This document shows, piece by piece, positions 20,573-28,746 of a stretch of DNA of 32,000 nucleotides. The stretch lies in the NCBI RefSeq assembly GCF_000090965.1, contig NC_008513.1, positions 60,001-92,000 on the forward strand. The letters run 5' to 3'. Origin of the DNA: Candidatus Saccharimonadota bacterium. GTDB taxonomy: Bacteria > Pseudomonadota > Gammaproteobacteria > Enterobacterales > Enterobacteriaceae. The notes below the pieces were generated by a model. It was not told the DNA's origin, did no database searches, and was given only the letters and a program-made list of their open reading frames with translations. The position numbers were made by a program, and so were the translations under genes. Positions within the stretch are counted from its first letter, which is position 1; each line of letters opens with the position of its first letter.

Positions 20573-21880
20573 TTAATTTATTTTGTTTATCCATTTAATT
20601 GATATATATTTTTTTTTTTCTTTTTTTTTTTCTTTTTCTATAAATATACCAATACATGATATTAATTTTTTATTATAAAATAATAATGGTATATTATTTC
20701 TTAACCATGGTGGTATATTATATTTTTGCCAAATTTTTTTTATTTTTGTTTTTTTTTTTTTTATATGAAAACATACTGTTATAAGTGTGTTTTTTTTAGG
20801 AAAAGGTATATAAGAAATATTTTTTTTTGTTTTTTTTTTTTTTTTTATATGTGCAATTAAATAACCTAATTTATTTGGCAGTTTTATTTTTTGAAAAATA
20901 TTTTTCCAATATAGAACAATTTTTTTTTCTTTTTTTTCTGGATTTATATAATAAATGTTTTTTTTGTATCTTCTTATTTCTTTTTTTTGAAAAAGAATTT
21001 TTTTATTAAAATAGTTTTCGTTATCTATTAATTCATTATATATTCTTTTGATTATATAATATGTAGGAATAATTTGACTATTGTTATATAACCACATTTT
21101 TAAAATAGAAAATTTTGCTTCTAATATTAGATTATCAAAATTTATTAAAGATAATGTTTTATCTAAATAAATATTTTTTTTAAGAAACTTTGATAAAAAA
21201 TAATTTAATATTTTTTTATCTTTTTTTAATAAATTAATACTTTTAATAGAATTTTTTAAAAAATATGGCCATTTAAGATATATTTTTGATAAAATTTTAT
21301 TTCTAATAAAATTTCTATCATATTGATTATTTTTATTTGATTGATCTTCTATCCATTTGATTTTTTTTTTTTTTGCCCAAAATAAAATATTTTCTTTTTT
21401 TATATTAATTAATGGTCGTATAATTTTGATATTATCATATTTTGAATAAAAATTCATTCCTGATATTCCGTTAATTCCACTTTTTCGTTTAAGAGATAAA
21501 AAAATATTTTCACACAGATCATTCATATTATGACCTGTTAATAATATTTCTTCAGGTAATATATTTTTTTTAAATATTTTTAATCTTTCTAGTCTAGAAT
21601 AACCTTCTATTCCATATTTGTTTTTTTTTGGAATGATAATATCAAAAATTTTTATCTCAATTTTGTTTTTTTTACAAATATTTATACAATGTTTTTGAGC
21701 TAATTTTGCATGTGAATGTAAATGATGATTAATATGTATAGTTCTAAAATTTATTTCTTGAAATTTTTTTTTCCATATAATTAATTGATAGAATAAGACA
21801 GTAGAATCAACGCCACCACTAAGGGCTAATAAAAATTTTTTTTTTGTAGGATATTTTTTAAATAATTTTTTTATAAACAT
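20573..21880 (-). CDS. tilS: tRNA(Ile)-lysidine synthase
   Basis: The 435-aa ORF has the PP-loop LALSGGVDSTVL, HINHHLH, and LLTGHNMNDL.EN. Its length is similar to E. coli TilS. The C-terminal half is extremely lysine-rich. Confidence 0.9.
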   Translation of the reverse strand: MFIKKLFKKYPTKKKFLLALSGGVDSTVLFYQLIIWKKKFQEINFRTIHINHHLHSHAKLAQKHCINICKKNKIEIKIFDIIIPKKNKYGIEGYSRLERLKIFKKNILPEEILLTGHNMNDLCENIFLSLKRKSGINGISGMNFYSKYDNIKIIRPLINIKKENILFWAKKKKIKWIEDQSNKNNQYDRNFIRNKILSKIYLKWPYFLKNSIKSINLLKKDKKILNYFLSKFLKKNIYLDKTLSLINFDNLILEAKFSILKMWLYNNSQIIPTYYIIKRIYNELIDNENYFNKKILFQKKEIRRYKKNIYYINPEKKEKKIVLYWKNIFQKIKLPNKLGYLIAHIKKKKKTKKNISYIPFPKKNTLITVCFHIKKKKTKIKKIWQKYNIPPWLRNNIPLLFYNKKLISCIGIFIEKEKKKEKKKYISIKWINKIN

Positions 21881-21905
21881 AATGTATAAATATAAGATAT
21901 ATTGA

Positions 21906-21978
21906 TACGTTCGAGTGGATTTGAACCACTAACTTTTACCATGTCATAGTAACACTCTAACCATTGAGTTACGAACGT
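21906..21978 (-). tRNA. tRNA-Val, anticodon GAC; no encoded 3' CCA
   Basis: Hand-folded 73-nt cloverleaf. Acceptor stem ACGTTCG/CGAACGT. D stem ACTC/GAGT with loop AATGGTTA. Anticodon stem TTACT/GGTAA (one G-U pair) with loop AT-GAC-AT. Variable loop AAGTT. T arm AGTGG-TTCAAAT-CCACT. Discriminator A. It resembles E. coli tRNA-Val(GAC). Confidence 0.9.
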
Positions 21979-22138
21979 ATATTATTTTAGTATAATATAA
22001 AATATTTTATAAATTTTATCAATAAAATATTTTTTTTAAAAAAATCTTTTTTTATATAAAAATTAAGATTTTATTTTAGGTAAAATATACTAATTTTCTG
22101 AGTATTTTTAAAAATTTTATATATAAGTAGGTTATATT

Positions 22139-23425
22139 ATGAGAAATAAAACGAATATTTTAGATTTTTTAAATAAAAAAAATTTTTTTTCAAAAATTTT
22201 TAATCAATTTGAATTAAATAATTATTTAAAAAATAAAAATGTTTTTTTATATTGTGGATTTGATCCAACTGAAAATAGTTTGCATATAGGTCATTTACTT
22301 CCAATTATATGTTTAAAGCATTTTCAAAATTTCGGATATACACCGATAATTTTAATTGGTGGAGCAACTAGTATAGTTGGTGATCCAAGTTTTAAAATAT
22401 ATGAAAGGAAAAAACAATCATTAGATTTATTAAGATTTAATCAAATTTGTTTAGAAAAACAATTATTATTTTTTTTTAATAATCAAGAGTGTTTGAATAA
22501 TAAAGTTATTATATTAAATAATTATTCTTGGTTTAAAAATTTTTCAATTTTATCTTTTTTAAGAAAAATAGGAATTTATTTTTCTGTTAATTATATGATT
22601 CATAAAGAGTCTGTAAAAAAAAGATTAATTAAAGAAAAAACAGGTATGTCTTTTACCGAGTTTTCTTATAGTTTATTACAAGCTTATGATTTTTTAAAAT
22701 TATATGAAAAATATGGAGTTAAATTACAAATTGGTGGATCAGATCAATGGGGAAATATTTTATCTGGTATTCGATTAATTAAAAAATTGTATAAAGATGA
22801 TGTATTTGGTGCAACAAACTCTTTATTAGTTAAATCTAATGGAGAAAAATTTGGAAAAACAGAAACTGATACTATATGGTTAGATGCTAAAAAAACAAGT
22901 CCTTTTAAGTTTTATCAATTTTGGGTAAATATTTCAGATGAAGATATTGATAATTTTTTACAATGGTTTACTTTTATAGATGAAAAAAAAATAAATATTT
23001 TATTTCATGATAACAATTTTATAAAAAATATAATTAATAAAAAAATTTTTTTAGCAGAATTTTTAACGAAATTAGTACATGGAAAAGATGTTTTAATTTC
23101 TGTTAAACGTATTATATTTTTTTTATTTGGAAATGGTTCAATTACAAATATTAAAGAAGAAGATTGTATACAATTATTAAAAGATGGCATTCCTTCTATA
23201 ATTTGTAATAGTTTTTTAGATTTACCACATATTTTAGTAAAAACTTTATTAGTAAATTCTTTAAATAAAGCACGAAATATGATTATTTCTGGAGCTATCA
23301 AAATTAATGGTATTGTGCAAACTCAAAAAGATTATAATTTTTCAAAATCAGATTTATTATTTAATAAATATACTTTTATATCTAAAGGTAAAAAAAATTA
23401 TTTTTTAATTTATTGGAAAATATAA
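22139..23425 (+). CDS. tyrS: Tyrosyl-tRNA synthetase
   Basis: The 428-aa ORF has LYCGFDPT.NSLHIGHL (HIGH), GGATS.VGDPS, QIGGSDQWGNI, and KFGKT (the KMSKS equivalent). The C-terminal S4-like domain ends ..GKKNYFLIYWKI. Confidence 0.95.
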   Translation: MRNKTNILDFLNKKNFFSKIFNQFELNNYLKNKNVFLYCGFDPTENSLHIGHLLPIICLKHFQNFGYTPIILIGGATSIVGDPSFKIYERKKQSLDLLRFNQICLEKQLLFFFNNQECLNNKVIILNNYSWFKNFSILSFLRKIGIYFSVNYMIHKESVKKRLIKEKTGMSFTEFSYSLLQAYDFLKLYEKYGVKLQIGGSDQWGNILSGIRLIKKLYKDDVFGATNSLLVKSNGEKFGKTETDTIWLDAKKTSPFKFYQFWVNISDEDIDNFLQWFTFIDEKKINILFHDNNFIKNIINKKIFLAEFLTKLVHGKDVLISVKRIIFFLFGNGSITNIKEEDCIQLLKDGIPSIICNSFLDLPHILVKTLLVNSLNKARNMIISGAIKINGIVQTQKDYNFSKSDLLFNKYTFISKGKKNYFLIYWKI

Positions 23426-23465
23426 ATATATATAAAATATTTTTAATGTTATTAAATAGTAATTT

Positions 23466-23822
23466 TTATATATTAAAACTTTCACCACATCCACAAATTG
23501 TAGAATGATTAGAATTAATGAATTTAAAAGAATAATTTAAGCCTATTTTTAAAAAATCTATTTTAGTATTATTTATTAAAGGAATATCACATTTAGAAAT
23601 AAAAAATTTTATGTTTTTTATTTCTAAAAGAAATTCATTTTTTTTTATTTTGTTAGATAATTTTAATTTGTATTTAAATCCAGCACATCCGGATTTTTTT
23701 ATTTTTATTTTTATTCCTGTTTTATTTCTGTTTTTATTTAATAGCCAGATAATTTGTTTTTTTGCTGTTTTAGTTAATTTAATTTGAATAGATATTTTTT
23801 TTTTTTTTGATTTATTTTTCAT
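23466..23822 (-). CDS. sufA: A-type iron-sulfur cluster carrier (HesB/IscA/SufA family), SufA-like
   Basis: The 118-aa ORF carries the three conserved cysteines in SufA-like contexts: SGCAGFKYKL (E. coli SufA TGCAGFGYVL) and a C-terminal FKFINSNHSTICGCGESFNI (SufA FKFHNPKAQNECGCGESFGV). It lies between tyrS and aroH as sufA does in E. coli. The symbol rests on these motifs plus synteny only. Confidence 0.75.
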   Translation of the reverse strand: MKNKSKKKKISIQIKLTKTAKKQIIWLLNKNRNKTGIKIKIKKSGCAGFKYKLKLSNKIKKNEFLLEIKNIKFFISKCDIPLINNTKIDFLKIGLNYSFKFINSNHSTICGCGESFNI

Positions 23823-24312
23823 TTTATTCCAGATATTTTTATTAAAAGAAAATATATTTATATAAATAATTTTATTTATTAAAATTATATTATTTTTTTG
23901 TTTTTATGTAAATAAATATTATTTTTTGAAGAATAGTATTTTTTTATTAAAAATTAATTTTTAAATTTTTATATATTAAATTTAAATATATATAGAAAAA
24001 TTTTTTATTTGTTTTTTATATAGAAAATGTATTTTAAAAATTGTTTAATTATTTATATAATAGATAAATATATGTTACTATTTTATAGTACATATCTTAT
24101 AAAATAATTTTATTAAATATTAGTTACATGATTTAAATAAAGTATTATAATTTATAAAATAAATTAGAAATTTTTTATTTTAAATTAAATTAAATTTTTT
24201 TTTTAATACTTATTTTGAAAATATTAAGTAAATAAATATATAATATTTATATTTTTATAAGTTTAAATTTTTCATGTATAATTTAATTTTTATAAATTTG
24301 GTAGAGAGAAAA

Positions 24313-25365
24313 ATGAAAAAAAATAATGAATTTAAAAATTTTAGAAAACAAAAAGATTTGTTAATTACTCCAGATGTTTTATTTAAAAAATATACTTCAA
24401 ATTCTAATATATCTAATTTAGTTAAATTAACAAGAAATAATATAAAAAATATTTTATTAGGTAAAGATAAAAGATTATTAGTAATAATTGGACCATGTTC
24501 TATTCATGATACGAGAGCAACTATAGAATATGCAAAAAAAATTAAAGTTTTTCGTAAAAAATATTCTTCTCGTTTAGAAATTGTCATGAGGACTTATTTT
24601 GAAAAACCACGTACTGTATTAGGTTGGACTGGATTAATTTCTGATCCTGATTTAGATGGTACACTAAATATTAATAAAGGATTATCTTTGGCTAGAAAAT
24701 TATTATTAAAAATTAATAAATTAGGTGTTCCGACTGCAACTGAATTTTTAGACCCTTTAATTAGTTTTTTTATTTCTGATTTAATTAGCTGGGGAGCTAT
24801 AGGAGCTAGAACTACGGAAAGTCAAATTCATAGAGAATTAGCTTCTCATTTGTCTTGTCCTGTTGGTTTTAAAAATGGTACTGATGGTAATGTTTTAATT
24901 GCTATTGATGCAATTCGATCAGCACAAGCAAGTCATTTATTTTTATCGTCTGATAAATTTGGAAAAGTTATAATTAATCATACTTTAGGAAATTCATGTG
25001 CACATATTATTATGCGGGGAGGAAAATTACCAAACTATTATAAAAAAGATATTGATGATGTAATAAAAAAATTAAAGATTTTTAATCTTCCAGAACATTT
25101 AATTATTGATTTTAGTCATTCTAATTCTTTTAAAAATCATAAAAAACAATTAGATGTTGCTGCTTCTGTCTGTAAACAAATTTTTGAAGGATCGACTGCT
25201 ATCTCTGGAGTTATGATTGAAAGTTTTTTAAAAGAAGGTACACAGATAGTACATAATAAAACAGATTTAATATATGGTCAGTCTATTACTGATTCTTGTA
25301 TAAATTTAAAAGATAGCTCAGATATATTAAAACAATTATTTAATGCTGTAAAAATACGTTTTTAA
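24313..25365 (+). CDS. aroH: 3-deoxy-7-phosphoheptulonate (DAHP) synthase, class I, AroH-like
   Basis: DKRLLVIIGPCSIHD, LEIVMRTYFEKPRT, GVPTATEFLD, ISWGAIGARTTESQIHRE and CPVGFKNGTDG are near-identical to E. coli AroH. Alignment offsets favour ATG 24313 (350 aa) over the ORF-track ATG 24274. Confidence 0.94.
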   Translation: MKKNNEFKNFRKQKDLLITPDVLFKKYTSNSNISNLVKLTRNNIKNILLGKDKRLLVIIGPCSIHDTRATIEYAKKIKVFRKKYSSRLEIVMRTYFEKPRTVLGWTGLISDPDLDGTLNINKGLSLARKLLLKINKLGVPTATEFLDPLISFFISDLISWGAIGARTTESQIHRELASHLSCPVGFKNGTDGNVLIAIDAIRSAQASHLFLSSDKFGKVIINHTLGNSCAHIIMRGGKLPNYYKKDIDDVIKKLKIFNLPEHLIIDFSHSNSFKNHKKQLDVAASVCKQIFEGSTAISGVMIESFLKEGTQIVHNKTDLIYGQSITDSCINLKDSSDILKQLFNAVKIRF

Positions 25366-25505
25366 TTTTTTAATTTTAATAAAAAATAATTTTTTATATA
25401 ATAAATAATTTTATAAAAAAAATATTTTTTATAAATTTCATTTATTATAAAAGATATTATATGTATTACTTTTAATATAAATATTTTTAGGGATTAAATA
25501 CACCT

Positions 25506-27434
25506 ATGATTATATTATGTAATGGAATTAAAAAAATATATGCAAAACCTACTATTTTGAAAATACTTTTGCAAGATTTTTATCCTAATCATAATTCTTG
25601 TTTTATTGCTGGATTTATAAATAATCAATTATCTGATTTAAATACACTTGTTTCTCATAATTCTACTATTGAATTAATTGATGAAAATAATAAAAATTTT
25701 TTGTATATGTTAAGATATTCATGTATGCAATTATTGAATTATACATTAAAAATTATTTGGCCTAATATAAAAATTGCAGGAGGAAATATAACAGAATCAG
25801 GATTTTATTGTGATTTTGATATGCCACATATATTAACAAAAAAAGATTTTAATAAAATTTCTCAGAATATGTTAAAAAAAATTTTTAGTTCATATAATAT
25901 TTTTTTTAAAAAAATTACTAAAAAAAAAATTTTAGATATTTTAAAAAAAAGAAAAGAAATTTATCAAATTGAAATTTTAAAAAAATTTTTTTTTGATACA
26001 GATATTATTAATATTTGTTATCATGAGAAATATTATGAATTATCAGTTCATCCGCAATTATCTAATATTAGTTTTTGCAAACATTTTTTATTAAATAATG
26101 TATCTGGAGCATATTGGAATAATAATAAAAATAATAAAATGTTACAAAGAATTCATGTAATTTCTTGGATTTCAAGAAAACAATTATTAGAATTCTTGAA
26201 AAAAAAAGAAAAATTAAAATTGTGTGATCATCGAAAAATTTCAAAATTATTAAGTTTATATCATATTCAAAAAGAATCTCCTGGTATGATTTTTTGGCAT
26301 AAGAATGGATATATTATTTTTAAACAATTAGAAAATTTTCTTCGTAATAAATTATTTCAAAATAATTATATTGAAGTAAAAAGTCCTATTATTATTGATA
26401 AATCATTATGGAAAAAAAGTGGTCATTGGAAACATTATAATCAATCAATTTTTACTACAAAATCTGAAAATAATCAATATTGTATTAAACCTATGAATTG
26501 TCCTGCACACGTTCAAATATTTAAATATGGTTTAAAATCTTATAAAGATTTACCAATACGTATGGCTGAATTTGGAAGTTGTCATAGACAAGAAACATCA
26601 GGTTCTTTACATGGATTATTTCGTGTAAGAGGATTTACACAAGATGATGCTCATATTTTTTGTACGAAGAAACAAATTAAATCTGAATTAAACCATTGTA
26701 TACGTTTATTATTTGATTTGTATCATACTTTTGGTTTTAAGAAAATTTTTATAAAATTTTCTACTAGACCTGAAAATAGAATTGGAAAAGATGATATTTG
26801 GGATCAAGCAGAGAAAGATTTAGAATTAGTTTTAAAAAAAAATAATTTATTTTTTGAGTATCAAATTGGAGAAGGTGCATTTTATGGTCCTAAAATTGAA
26901 ATTGCTTTAGAAGATAATTTAAAGCGTATATGGCAATGTGGTACAATTCAATTAGATTTTTATTTATCAAAACAGTTAGATGCTTTTTATATTAACAAAA
27001 ATAATATTAAAAAAAATCCTATTATTATTCATAGAGCATTTTTAGGTTCAATTGAACGGTTTATTGGAATTTTAATTGAAGAATATAATGGTAAATTACC
27101 AATATGGCTATGTCCAATTCAGGTTGCAATTATTAATGTTTCTGAAAAACATATTTTTTTTATAAAAAATATAGAAAAAAAATTTTTAAAAAATAATATT
27201 CGTTTTATTTCTGATATTAGTAATAATAGTATTAGTTTTAAAATTCGTTTTTATCTTGAGCAAAAAGTACCATATATAATAATTATTGGAGATAAAGAAG
27301 TAAAAAATAATTACATAACAATAAGAAATAGATTTAATAATATTCAATATAAACAAAATATCAATTTTTTTATTAAAAAAATTATTAATAATGTTAATAG
27401 TTTTAGTATACAAGATTGTAATATGGAGGATTAG
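25506..27434 (+). CDS. thrS: Threonyl-tRNA synthetase (catalytic core intact, editing-site motifs replaced)
   Basis: The 642-aa ORF is collinear with E. coli ThrRS (642 aa): DHRKI, KPMNCPAHVQIF, FGSCHR.E.SGSLHGL.RVRGFTQDDAHIF, GEGAFYGPKIE, QCGT.QLDF and IHRAFLGSIERFIGIL. See findings for the N2-domain changes. Confidence 0.95.
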   Translation: MIILCNGIKKIYAKPTILKILLQDFYPNHNSCFIAGFINNQLSDLNTLVSHNSTIELIDENNKNFLYMLRYSCMQLLNYTLKIIWPNIKIAGGNITESGFYCDFDMPHILTKKDFNKISQNMLKKIFSSYNIFFKKITKKKILDILKKRKEIYQIEILKKFFFDTDIINICYHEKYYELSVHPQLSNISFCKHFLLNNVSGAYWNNNKNNKMLQRIHVISWISRKQLLEFLKKKEKLKLCDHRKISKLLSLYHIQKESPGMIFWHKNGYIIFKQLENFLRNKLFQNNYIEVKSPIIIDKSLWKKSGHWKHYNQSIFTTKSENNQYCIKPMNCPAHVQIFKYGLKSYKDLPIRMAEFGSCHRQETSGSLHGLFRVRGFTQDDAHIFCTKKQIKSELNHCIRLLFDLYHTFGFKKIFIKFSTRPENRIGKDDIWDQAEKDLELVLKKNNLFFEYQIGEGAFYGPKIEIALEDNLKRIWQCGTIQLDFYLSKQLDAFYINKNNIKKNPIIIHRAFLGSIERFIGILIEEYNGKLPIWLCPIQVAIINVSEKHIFFIKNIEKKFLKNNIRFISDISNNSISFKIRFYLEQKVPYIIIIGDKEVKNNYITIRNRFNNIQYKQNINFFIKKIINNVNSFSIQDCNMED

Positions 27435-27440
27435 AGTATT
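27425..27440 (+). promoter_or_regulatory. infC translation-initiation region: GGAGG Shine-Dalgarno inside the thrS 3' end plus non-canonical ATT start codon
   Basis: GGAGGA is at 27425-27430, the thrS TAG at 27432-27434, and ATT at 27438-27440. From that ATT the frame reads [35 protein letters not shown], collinear with E. coli IF3 [35 protein letters not shown]. Confidence 0.8.
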
Positions 27441-27974
27441 AAAGGCAGAAAAAAAAATCAATTATTACGTTCTCATCGTATTAATAATGAGATTCGTTCT
27501 ACAGAAGTTCGATTAATGGGTTTAAAAGGTGAACAATTAGGTATTATTAATATTCATAAAGCTTTAGAAGAAGCTAAAATTTGTGGATTTGATTTAGTTG
27601 AAATTAGTCCAAATTCTAAGCCTCCTGTATGTCGTATTATGAATTATGGTAAATTTTTGTATGAAAAAAGTAAGGCTCTTAAAAAACAAAAGAAAAAACA
27701 AAAGATTATTCAAATTAAGGAAGTGAAATTTAGACCTAATACAGATAAAGGTGATTATCAAGTTAAATTAAGAAATTTAATACGTTTTTTAAAATGTGGT
27801 AATAAAGTAAAAATTACTTTAAGATTTAGAGGTAGAGAAATGGCACATCAAAATATTGGAATAAATATGTTACATCGACTAGAACATGATTTATCTTATT
27901 TAGCTATAATAGAATCATTCCCAAAAAGAATTGAAGGACGTCAAATGACAATGATTTTATCTCCAAAAAAATAA
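27438..27974 (+). CDS. infC: Translation initiation factor IF-3 (ATT start)
   Basis: The ORF track gives only 27516..27974 (from an internal Met). The 26 upstream in-frame codons match the IF3 N-terminus with no in-frame ATG/GTG/TTG. Downstream, [41 protein letters not shown] and [13 protein letters not shown] are present. Confidence 0.9.
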   Translation: MKGRKKNQLLRSHRINNEIRSTEVRLMGLKGEQLGIINIHKALEEAKICGFDLVEISPNSKPPVCRIMNYGKFLYEKSKALKKQKKKQKIIQIKEVKFRPNTDKGDYQVKLRNLIRFLKCGNKVKITLRFRGREMAHQNIGINMLHRLEHDLSYLAIIESFPKRIEGRQMTMILSPKK

Positions 27975-28035
27975 ATTTATTTATTTTTTAATATATATTT
28001 TGATATAAAAATTTTTTTAATATTATGGAATATTT

Positions 28036-28233
28036 ATGCCTAAAATTAAAACATTACGTAGTGCTTCTAAAAGATTTAAGAAAACTGCTTCTGGATTATT
28101 TAAAAGAAAAAAAGCAAATTTACGTCATATTTTAACAAAAAAAAATACGAATTATAAACGTTGTCTTCGTAAGAAAATTATTCTCTCTTTATCTGATTAT
28201 AAAAAAGTATTATTATTTCTTCCTTATCTTTAA
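28036..28233 (+). CDS. rpmI: 50S ribosomal protein L35
   Basis: [27 protein letters not shown] matches E. coli L35; 65 aa. Confidence 0.95.
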   Translation: MPKIKTLRSASKRFKKTASGLFKRKKANLRHILTKKNTNYKRCLRKKIILSLSDYKKVLLFLPYL

Positions 28234-28276
28234 AATTTTGTATTTAAATTTTTGTATTCAGCTATAGGAGATTTTT

Positions 28277-28636
28277 GTGGCTCGTGTAAAACGGGGTGTT
28301 ATAGCACATGCTCGTCATAAAAAAGTTATTAAATTAGCTAAAGGATATTATGGAGCACGTTCTAGAGTATATCGTGTAGCAAATCAAGCAGTTATTAAAT
28401 CTGGGCAATATTCTTATAGAGATAGACGTAATAAAAAGAGAGATTTTCGAAAATTATGGATAATTAGAATTAATGCTGCTGTTAAAAATTATAATTTATC
28501 ATATAGTAAATTTATATATGGATTAAAATTATCATCTATTAATATTAATCGAAAGATTTTATCTGAAATAGCTATTTTTGATAAAATTTCTTTTAAAAAA
28601 TTAGTAGATTATTCAAAAAATGCTTTATCTATTTAA
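28277..28636 (+). CDS. rplT: 50S ribosomal protein L20
   Basis: [46 protein letters not shown] matches E. coli L20. GTG start preceded by AGGAG. Confidence 0.96.
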   Translation: MARVKRGVIAHARHKKVIKLAKGYYGARSRVYRVANQAVIKSGQYSYRDRRNKKRDFRKLWIIRINAAVKNYNLSYSKFIYGLKLSSININRKILSEIAIFDKISFKKLVDYSKNALSI

Positions 28637-28668
28637 TAAATTAAAAGAATTTTATAAATTTTATTAGT

Positions 28669-28699
28669 GGGAGTAACCAATCTCCCCTTTTAATTTTTT
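28669..28699 (+). terminator. Candidate intrinsic terminator after rplT (or remnant of the pheST attenuator hairpin)
   Basis: GGGAG (28669-28673) / CTCCC (28682-28686) stem with an 8-nt loop TAACCAAT, followed by C-TTTT-AA-TTTTTT. It is the only G/C-rich stem in the rplT-pheS spacer. Confidence 0.5.
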
Positions 28700-28746
28700 A
28701 AAATTAAAATATATTTTTATTTTTATACATAAATATTGGTAAATTC

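Noticed and set aside
5524-22011. Shorter A/T-only palindromes/hairpins: 5524-5552 (9-bp arms, 11-nt loop), 9145-9165 (10-bp arms), 10001-10019 (9-bp arms, one C-G pair), 21996-22011 (8-bp arms)
   Set aside because: In two-letter spacers, arms of 10 bp or less are expected several times in this much sequence. None has a convincing U-tract or G/C clamp. Only the 15-bp-arm palindrome at 2396-2426 stood out.
9347-24312. 5' extensions of ORF-track models: smrB from TTG 9347, hisB from ATG 13455 (33-nt overlap with hisC), aroH from ATG 24274
   Set aside because: Alignment with the E. coli N-termini places the real starts at 9362, 13488 and 24313. The extensions encode non-conserved residues and arise from the longest-ORF rule.
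25366-25505. ThrRS autoregulatory operator (tRNA-Thr anticodon-arm mimic) upstream of thrS, and L20 pseudoknot binding site upstream of rpmI
   Set aside because: I could not find any stable stem or anticodon-like loop in the A/T-rich leader of thrS or in 27800-28035. There is nothing to support retention of these E. coli operators.
28667-28693. Mini-ORF GTG GGA GTA ACC AAT CTC CCC TTT TAA as a possible pheM-like leader peptide
   Set aside because: It has a single Phe codon, no Shine-Dalgarno, and the codons themselves form the hairpin. It does not resemble the Phe-rich pheM leader.
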